Source of the DNA: an archaeon
GTDB taxonomy: Archaea; Iainarchaeota; Iainarchaeia; Iainarchaeales; CSSED10-239
Assembly (NCBI GenBank): GCA_035357435.1
Contig: DAOPNM010000028.1
Location: 1 to 5,767, forward strand
Direction of reading: 5' to 3'
Length of the DNA: 5,767 bases
Shown here: piece by piece, positions 1-4,597 of the stretch
Position numbering within the stretch: the stretch's first letter is position 1
Layout of the letters: each line of letters starts with the position of its first letter
Notes under the pieces: generated by a model
Databases searched by the model: none
The model's input: the letters and a program-made list of their open reading frames with translations, nothing else
What the model was told of the DNA's origin: nothing
Program-made: the position numbers and the translations under genes

Positions 1-380
1 ATTAAATACCCTATCATTATTGAGTCAAACATATTTCCGAGACCTGCACTGGCACCTGTTAATGCCAAAACAGTACATAAAACAATTACTATAAAAATTC
101 CTAAAAACAAAACAAACTTTGTTGCAGCATTATACTCTTCAGGTTTAAGATCCCAACCTAAAAAATTAATTGCAGACTCATATTTTTGTGTAAATTTTGC
201 ATTTGCACCTAAACCTGGAAATTTAGTATAAATTTTTTTACAAAAAGCAACATAAGGTTGTACCTTTTTTTTAACTAATTTTTCATCAGTGCCAAATTCT
301 GGACGTTCTACATTAATTGCTTGATAGAGTTTACCTGGGCTTGCTTGTCCCTTTTCTGTCTGTGTTTTTTGTTTTACCAT
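1..380 (-). CDS. Partial CDS (first 126 codons; continues past the left window edge): membrane protein, possibly type II secretion F-domain / FlaJ/TadC-like archaeal pilus platform protein
   Basis: Hand translation of the minus strand from ATG (complement of 378-380) gives MVKQKTQTEKGQASPGKLYQAINVERPEFGTDEKLVKKKVQPYVAFCKKIYTKFPGLGANAKFTQKYESAINFLGWDLKPEEYNAATKFVLFLGIFIVIVLCTVLALTGASAGLGNMFDSIMIGYL... with no stop in 380 nt. That is unlikely by chance in DNA this AT-rich. A cytoplasmic N-terminus, an 'L..A......PEEY' segment and then a TM helix resemble N-termini of archaeal T2SS-F/FlaJ-like proteins as I remember them. This ORF is absent from the supplied track, presumably because it is open-ended. 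Confidence 0.6.
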   Translation of the reverse strand, partial: MVKQKTQTEKGQASPGKLYQAINVERPEFGTDEKLVKKKVQPYVAFCKKIYTKFPGLGANAKFTQKYESAINFLGWDLKPEEYNAATKFVLFLGIFIVIVLCTVLALTGASAGLGNMFDSIMIGYL

Positions 381-408
381 AGTTTATTTTTTTTAGTTTT
401 TTATAGTT

Positions 409-416
409 TTTTTATA
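409..416 (-). promoter_or_regulatory. Candidate TATA box (TATAAAAA on the minus strand) for the membrane protein gene starting at 380
   Basis: Plus strand tttttata at 409-416. The centre is about 32 nt upstream of the ATG and no SD is present, which would give a very short leader. Confidence 0.25.
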
Positions 417-517
417 ATTAATCTCTTCTAAAAAATTAAAAACCATAATTATTATTAAATGTTTCATTGTATATTATATATTCAATAATTTTAATTAACT
501 ATGCAAATATTTAAAAA

Positions 518-522
518 GGTGA
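518..522 (+). promoter_or_regulatory. Shine-Dalgarno-like GGTGA upstream of the ferredoxin start
   Basis: GGTGA at 518-522, ATG at 527. It is complementary to the conserved 16S 3' end ...AUCACCUCC. Confidence 0.5.
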
Positions 523-526
523 GTAT

Positions 527-718
527 ATGGTTTTTAAAATAATACATGACAAAAACAAATGCATTGGTTGCGGAGCATGCATAACAATGTGTCCAGAAAA
601 CTGGAAATTCCAAGGAAACAAAGCACAACCAATTAAAAAGGAAATAAAAGAAATAAGCTGTAATCAAAAGGCAGCAGATATATGCCCTGTTAAATGTATA
701 AAAATTCAAAAAAAATAA
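527..718 (+). CDS. Small single-cluster [4Fe-4S]/[3Fe-4S] ferredoxin (Pyrococcus furiosus / Thermotoga maritima Fd type)
   Basis: 63 aa. C12-x2-C15-x2-C18-x3-C22-P, then 'GNKAQP', then C45 ... C53-P. This parallels P. furiosus Fd (CIGDAICASLCP ... GKAQP ... NC ... ACP): three N-terminal ligands plus the distal Cys-Pro ligand, with C22/C45 at the positions of the Pfu disulfide pair. GGTGA lies just upstream of the ATG. Confidence 0.85.
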   Translation: MVFKIIHDKNKCIGCGACITMCPENWKFQGNKAQPIKKEIKEISCNQKAADICPVKCIKIQKK

Positions 719-721
719 AAC

Positions 722-1570
722 ATGGAAAACAAACTATATTTTGGAACTGCTGGTTTTGGGGGTCTTGAATATCCTAGTACTAATCCTACAGCAGATGCTT
801 GCCTAGAAATAAACAAGATAGGATTAGATGCCTTAGAAATTGAATTTGTAAGACAAATATACCTTAAAAATAATTCTCAAGAAAAACTTTTAGAAATAAA
901 AAAAAAAGCAGAAGCATATAATATAAAATTAAGTATACATGCACCTTATTTTATAAACTTAAACTCTAAAGATAAACTAAAACTACAAAATAGTGTCACT
1001 AGAATTATTGACTCATTAAATATTGGACAGACAATCGGTGCTAACATTCTTGTATTCCATATAGGATATTTTATGGGTGAAGACAAAAAAAAAGTTATGG
1101 AAAATATTTGTGAACAGATTGCTTTTATTCAAGAAAAATTTAATACAAAAAACAAACAAATAAAACTAGGACCAGAACTTACAGGAAAAAAAACACAAAT
1201 TGGTTCTTTAGAAGAACTATTTTATCTTTATGACAAATTTGGAAAAAAATTTATATTTCCAGTAATAGATTTTGCACATCAACATGCAAGAGAAAATGGA
1301 TATTTTAAAAATACAAAAAACATAGATTTATTTTTTTCACAACTAAAAAGTTATCCTGAAATCTTTCAAAATATGCATATACACATGTCTGGAATAAATT
1401 ATACCCTAAAAGGAGAAAGAAATCATTTAATGCTAGAAAACTCAGATTTACCATACAAAAAAATACTTGAAAAATTAAAAGAAAATAAAACAAATGGAGT
1501 TATAATTTGTGAAAGCCCTGACACTGTTGGAGATGCCTTACTTATGAAAAAAATTTATGAAAAACTATAA
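722..1570 (+). CDS. nfo: Endonuclease IV-like AP endonuclease family 2 / xylose-isomerase-like TIM-barrel metalloenzyme (archaeal 'FGTAG' subgroup)
   Basis: 282 aa. Motifs SIHAPYFINL, LVFHIGY, GPELTGK, IDFAHQHA, HIHMSG, GERNH and ICESP place H73, H113, E152, D183, H186, H221, E232, H235 and E264 in the same order and spacing as the E. coli Nfo trinuclear-metal ligands H69, H109, E145, D179, H182, H216, D229, H231 and E261. The start is 3 nt after the ferredoxin stop. Confidence 0.8.
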   Translation: MENKLYFGTAGFGGLEYPSTNPTADACLEINKIGLDALEIEFVRQIYLKNNSQEKLLEIKKKAEAYNIKLSIHAPYFINLNSKDKLKLQNSVTRIIDSLNIGQTIGANILVFHIGYFMGEDKKKVMENICEQIAFIQEKFNTKNKQIKLGPELTGKKTQIGSLEELFYLYDKFGKKFIFPVIDFAHQHARENGYFKNTKNIDLFFSQLKSYPEIFQNMHIHMSGINYTLKGERNHLMLENSDLPYKKILEKLKENKTNGVIICESPDTVGDALLMKKIYEKL

Positions 1571-1906
1571 AAATTCAAAATCCTCTGAATTTTCATTTTT
1601 ATGCTTTTCTTTAATTTCTGCTAACCTATTTGGGTCATTTCCATGTAATTCCTTTGGAGTATTTGTAGTCTTTGAAACTATTCTTGAATTTGAAGAACCA
1701 GAATCTCTAGAAATTAATGGATTTACTGTTGATTTTGAAAATGTAGGTTTTGGTATAGAATTTGCTTTTTTTAAAGAATTAATTTTATCTAATGTGTCTG
1801 ACTTCATTTCTCCTTCATATTTACAAGAATTACAATAATTTGTTTTCTTTTCTGGATTATATCTAACATCTAAAGAAAAACATTGTGGGCAATATTTATA
1901 TAACAT
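1565..1906 (-). CDS. Zinc-ribbon protein (C6-P-x-C9 ... C25-x2-C28) with a long Ser/Thr/Lys/Asn-rich, probably disordered tail; function unknown
   Basis: 113 aa. The N-terminal CPQC...CNSC four-Cys ribbon has TFIIB-ribbon-like spacing. GTGAT lies 6 nt upstream of the ATG. Amino-acid composition matches neighbouring genes, whereas the overlapping + strand ORF 1557..1838 is Phe-rich, as expected for the antisense of a Lys-rich gene. Confidence 0.65.
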   Translation of the reverse strand: MLYKYCPQCFSLDVRYNPEKKTNYCNSCKYEGEMKSDTLDKINSLKKANSIPKPTFSKSTVNPLISRDSGSSNSRIVSKTTNTPKELHGNDPNRLAEIKEKHKNENSEDFEFL

Positions 1907-1941
1907 TTTTTTATCACACTCTAGGCAGATTTTTTTTATTT

Positions 1942-1965
1942 TTTTATTTTAAATTTAAAATAAAA
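1942..1965. promoter_or_regulatory. 24-bp perfect palindrome TTTTATTTTAAATTTAAAATAAAA upstream of the zinc-ribbon gene; symmetric TATA-like element or operator
   Basis: I verified base by base that positions i and 3907-i are complementary for 1942-1965, and that the symmetry breaks at 1941/1966. The centre is about 47 nt upstream of the ATG (1906). Confidence 0.35.
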
Positions 1966-2120
1966 TTATATAAGTCTATAAAGAACAAAAGAATTTAAAA
2001 ATATTGTGGTTTTGTTTTTTTGAAACAAAAAAGAAAAATTACAGAAAACTCCACAGAAATTTCAAAAACAAAAAATGTGATAAAAAGATAAAAAAAGAAA
2101 AAAAATAATTTCTCTTTTTT

Positions 2121-2128
2121 AAAAAAAA
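2121..2128 (-). terminator. Oligo-T (T8) tract directly after the stop of the 4-Cys membrane protein gene
   Basis: Plus strand A8 at 2121-2128 reads T8 on the coding (minus) strand, adjacent to the TAG stop (complement of 2129-2131). Further T-runs follow. Archaeal RNA polymerase terminates at oligo-T tracts. Confidence 0.35.
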
Positions 2129-2611
2129 CTATTCTTGTACACAATATTGTTGCTGTAATCTTGTTTGCTCTTCTCTCACTGTATCATTTTCATCTCCACC
2201 AAACATATGTTTTACTGTATTTTCTGAAAATTTATCTATTGGTATACTACAATTTGCTCCTTGAGGGCCTGGCATTCCTGGTGGTAATTTATTTCCTTGT
2301 GCATCACTAACATATGCTACAAAATTACAATTTCCATTCTGTATACCTGCTACCTTTATTATATAGAAAAAAGTATTACCATCATTTGAAGGAAACAACA
2401 TTTTCAAATTACCCGCTTCACAATGTATAAAATGTGGAACAAACTGTCCTGCATCTGTATAAGTTACAACACCATTTTCAGTATTATTTCCATTAGTTCC
2501 AGAAACAGTTTCTGGTGTTGTTGTAGATGAATTTTTTGGGGGTAAAAAAATTAATAATAATACAATTGCCACAATTACTATAACTAATCCTATTATAATT
2601 CCTTTTTTCAT
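2129..2611 (-). CDS. Membrane-anchored or secreted 4-Cys protein; candidate archaeal type IV pilin-like protein (class III signal peptide)
   Basis: 160 aa. MKKG followed by a 21-residue hydrophobic stretch (IIIGLVIVIVAIVLLLIFL), a Ser/Thr/Asn-rich linker, and a globular region with Cys64, Cys95, Cys121 and Cys157. GGTGA (complement of 2618-2622) lies 6 nt upstream of the ATG. A T8 run follows the TAG stop directly on the coding strand. Confidence 0.75.
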   Translation of the reverse strand: MKKGIIIGLVIVIVAIVLLLIFLPPKNSSTTTPETVSGTNGNNTENGVVTYTDAGQFVPHFIHCEAGNLKMLFPSNDGNTFFYIIKVAGIQNGNCNFVAYVSDAQGNKLPPGMPGPQGANCSIPIDKFSENTVKHMFGGDENDTVREEQTRLQQQYCVQE

Positions 2612-2617
2612 TAATTT

Positions 2618-2622
2618 TCACC
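2618..2622 (-). promoter_or_regulatory. Shine-Dalgarno-like GGTGA upstream of the 4-Cys membrane protein start
   Basis: Plus strand tcacc at 2618-2622 reads GGTGA on the minus strand, 6 nt upstream of the ATG (complement of 2609-2611). Confidence 0.5.
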
Positions 2623-2812
2623 TAATTTACAAATTTTTTTATCTAATTAATTTTTGTCAATCACAATCTATAAAAAGACAAAAATATATAAAAATATTGT
2701 ATAGATTCTTTTATAAACATATAATGTCTTAAGAAAAAGTATAACCAACAGCTCAATTTATAAAAACAAAATTTAAAAAGACAAAGGATTACAAATAAAT
2801 GTAAAAAAGAAA

Positions 2813-2817
2813 AGGAG
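2813..2817 (+). promoter_or_regulatory. Shine-Dalgarno AGGAG upstream of the flavin reductase-like gene
   Basis: AGGAG at 2813-2817, ATG at 2829. Confidence 0.5.
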
Positions 2818-2828
2818 AAACAAAAAAT

Positions 2829-3305
2829 ATGAAATTAACAGAAATTGTAAATCCAAGACAAACAATTTTATTAACAACAAAATATAAAAATAAAGAAAAT
2901 ATAATTACATTAGATTGGCATACACCATTATCTTTTGAACCACCAATGTATGCTGTAGCTATTGGAAAAACAAGATATTCTTTAAAACTAATAAAACAAT
3001 CAAAAGTGTTTGTAATAAACTTTATGTCACCACAATTTCAAAAAGAAATTCTTTTTTGTGGAAGAAATTCAGGAAGAGATATAGATAAATTTAAAGAAAC
3101 AAAATTTACAAAAGAAAAAAGCAAAACTATTGATTGCCCAAGAATAAAAGAAGCATTGGGTTATTTGGAATGTATTGTAGAAAAACAAATAAATGTGGGA
3201 GATCATATATTATTTATTGGAAAAATAACAAACAGTAATCTTAAAAAAATAGATAAACGCATATTTCATATAAAAGATGATTTATTTACAACAACGATTG
3301 ATTAA
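2829..3305 (+). CDS. Flavin reductase-like FMN-binding split beta-barrel protein (Flavin_Reduct/PF01613-type)
   Basis: 158 aa. The family pattern is present throughout: ILLTT...NIITLDWHTPLSFEPPMYAVAIGK...KVFVINF...FCGRNSGRDIDKF...PRIKEALGYLECIVEK..VGDHILFIGKI. AGGAG lies 11 nt upstream of the ATG. Confidence 0.85.
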   Translation: MKLTEIVNPRQTILLTTKYKNKENIITLDWHTPLSFEPPMYAVAIGKTRYSLKLIKQSKVFVINFMSPQFQKEILFCGRNSGRDIDKFKETKFTKEKSKTIDCPRIKEALGYLECIVEKQINVGDHILFIGKITNSNLKKIDKRIFHIKDDLFTTTID

Positions 3306-3318
3306 ATTAAAAATAATT

Positions 3319-3322
3319 GGAG
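3319..3322 (+). promoter_or_regulatory. Shine-Dalgarno GGAG upstream of the CofE-like gene
   Basis: GGAG at 3319-3322, ATG at 3333. Only 27 nt separate it from the preceding stop, so co-transcription is likely. Confidence 0.45.
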
Positions 3323-3332
3323 AAAGATAAAA

Positions 3333-4526
3333 ATGGAAATTAAAAATAAGAATGTAGGGGTTGTAGGAATTGGTGTAAAAACAGAAATAATTACACCAAA
3401 AGATAATCTTTTAGAAGTTATAAAAAACACATTTACAAAAAATAAAAATCTACTCGAAAACAATGACATTGTGTGTATAACAGAAGCTGTTGTTGCAATA
3501 ACACAAAATAATTTTGTACAAATAAATGATATTACACAAGAAATTAAACAAAAACTTAATATTACTGAAAACTCTACAATTGGAATAATTTATCCAATTC
3601 TTTCTAGAAACAGATTTTCTATGATTTTAAAAGCAATAGCAAAATGTGTGCCAAAAGGAAAAATCATTGTACAATTGTCCTTTCCTAGTGACGAACAAGG
3701 AAATCCTGTTATAAATAAAAACTTTTTAAAAAAAATTGGAAAACAAAACAAGGATAAACTTACTTTAAATGAACTACCAACAAAAGAACTAATTCATCCA
3801 ATAACAGGCATAAACTATATTGAAATGTATCAAGAAATTATTCAGCAACAAGGTGCAAAAGCAGAAATTTATTTAGCAAATAATACTAAGTATTTGGTTG
3901 AAAAAAAACCTGAAGGAATTATTGTGTGTAATGTACATAATAGACAAGAAGCACTTGAAGAAATAAAAAAACAAAATTATAAAAATGTTATAACCTTACA
4001 AGACATTTGTTCAAACCCAAAAAACAAAGCATATTGTGAATGGGGATTATTGGGTTCAAACATTTTAGATCCAGAAAAAGAACTATTAAAATTGGCTCCA
4101 AAAAACGCAAATGTGCTTGCGAAACAAATTCAAACATTTATAAAAAAAGAATTTAAGAAAAATGTGGAAATAATAATTTATGGGGATGGGGCCTATAAAG
4201 ATCCAGAAACAGGAATATATGAACTTGCAGACCCTGTGTGTGCTTTTGGAATTACTGATGGTATTAAAAACAAAAATAGAATAGGTGTAAAAACAAAATA
4301 CCTTATGCAAAAATATTATTCACAAGGAAAAACAAAACAAGAAATTCTAAAACTAATTCAAAAAGAAAAAAACAAAATAAAAAAAACAGATAAAAAAAAT
4401 GAATTTGCATCTCAAGGAACAACACCAAGAAAAATAGAAAACCTTGTATCAAGTCTTGCAGATCTTATATCAGGAAGTGCAGACGCAAATACACCTATTG
4501 TTATAGTAAAAAACTATTTAGAATAA
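3333..4526 (+). CDS. Long-form CofE-like protein (F420-0:gamma-glutamyl ligase family, PF01996-type fold); substrate unknown
   Basis: 397 aa. The N-terminus (VKTEIITPKDNLLEVI...NDIVCITEAVVAITQ) parallels CofE 'P.I..GDDL...I...GDilVvtsKivSKaEG'. GLLGSNILD parallels NAGID.SN. IIIYGDGAYKDPETGIYELADPVCAFGITDG parallels 'viItDT.GR.fR.G..g.AIG.sG'. The C-terminal LADLISGSADANTPIVIVKNY parallels 'A.lvmGe...giPvvvvRG'. These are motif-level matches from memory, not an alignment score. GGAG lies 10 nt upstream of the ATG. Confidence 0.6.
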   Translation: MEIKNKNVGVVGIGVKTEIITPKDNLLEVIKNTFTKNKNLLENNDIVCITEAVVAITQNNFVQINDITQEIKQKLNITENSTIGIIYPILSRNRFSMILKAIAKCVPKGKIIVQLSFPSDEQGNPVINKNFLKKIGKQNKDKLTLNELPTKELIHPITGINYIEMYQEIIQQQGAKAEIYLANNTKYLVEKKPEGIIVCNVHNRQEALEEIKKQNYKNVITLQDICSNPKNKAYCEWGLLGSNILDPEKELLKLAPKNANVLAKQIQTFIKKEFKKNVEIIIYGDGAYKDPETGIYELADPVCAFGITDGIKNKNRIGVKTKYLMQKYYSQGKTKQEILKLIQKEKNKIKKTDKKNEFASQGTTPRKIENLVSSLADLISGSADANTPIVIVKNYLE

Positions 4527-4570
4527 ATTTTAAATTTAATAAAAAAATAAAATCTAGATATAAAGAATGC

Positions 4571-4578
4571 TATAAAAA
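4571..4578 (+). promoter_or_regulatory. Candidate TATA box (TATAAAAA) giving a leaderless or near-leaderless PPase-like transcript
   Basis: The box centre is about 26 nt upstream of the ATG at 4598, and no SD is present. This fits archaeal leaderless mRNA geometry. Confidence 0.3.
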
Positions 4579-4597
4579 TAAAAAAACTGAAAAAAAT

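Noticed and set aside
381-416. Tandem AGTTT(A)TTTTT-like units as a possible repeat element
   Set aside because: There are only 2-3 imperfect, very low-complexity copies. They are better explained as T/A-rich promoter and 5' region of the minus-strand gene.
491-709. 72-aa minus-strand ORF overlapping the ferredoxin gene
   Set aside because: It is the Phe/Tyr/Cys-rich antisense shadow of a Lys-rich gene. It has no SD or motifs, whereas the + strand ORF has a complete ferredoxin Cys pattern.
898-907. A10 homopolymer inside the endonuclease gene, plus several A8-A9 runs elsewhere in coding sequence (e.g. 1085-1093, 4379-4386, 4392-4399), as possible slippage or phase-variation or frameshift sites
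   Set aside because: All the genes read through in frame and match full-length family architecture. The runs encode Lys-Lys-Lys, as expected from AAA codon bias in an AT-rich genome.
1305-1493. 62-aa minus-strand ORF inside the endonuclease IV-like gene
   Set aside because: It is a Phe/Leu-rich antisense shadow ORF lying fully inside a gene with strong family motifs.
1557-1838. 93-aa plus-strand ORF overlapping the zinc-ribbon gene
   Set aside because: It starts inside the endonuclease gene and has Phe-rich shadow composition with no motif. The minus-strand frame carries a CPxC...CxxC ribbon and an SD-like GTGAT.
1974-2108. Open + strand frame in the 222-nt spacer (possible TTG start at 2004; Lys-rich ~35-45 aa peptide), with nested inverted repeats: TTTTGTTT 2010-2017 / AAACAAAA 2023-2030, and TGTGG 2005-2009 / CCACA 2051-2055
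   Set aside because: There is no ATG or SD, and the sequence is low-complexity A-rich. The stems are short and almost all A/T, and no G+C-rich patch suggests a structured RNA. It is more simply the terminator/promoter spacer between two minus-strand genes.
2671-2785. 12-nt direct repeat TAAAAAGACAAA at 2671-2682 and 2774-2785, and 8-bp inverted repeat AATCTATA / TATAGATT (2665-2672 / 2700-2707), in the divergent promoter region
   Set aside because: With this base composition, I estimate about ten or more exact 12-mer repeats per window by chance, so there is no statistical support for a regulatory motif. The second copy may simply overlap a TATA-like TTTAAAAAG for the flavin reductase-like gene.
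4086-4310. 74-aa minus-strand ORF inside the CofE-like gene
   Set aside because: It is an antisense shadow ORF with Phe/Ile/Cys-rich composition and no start context.
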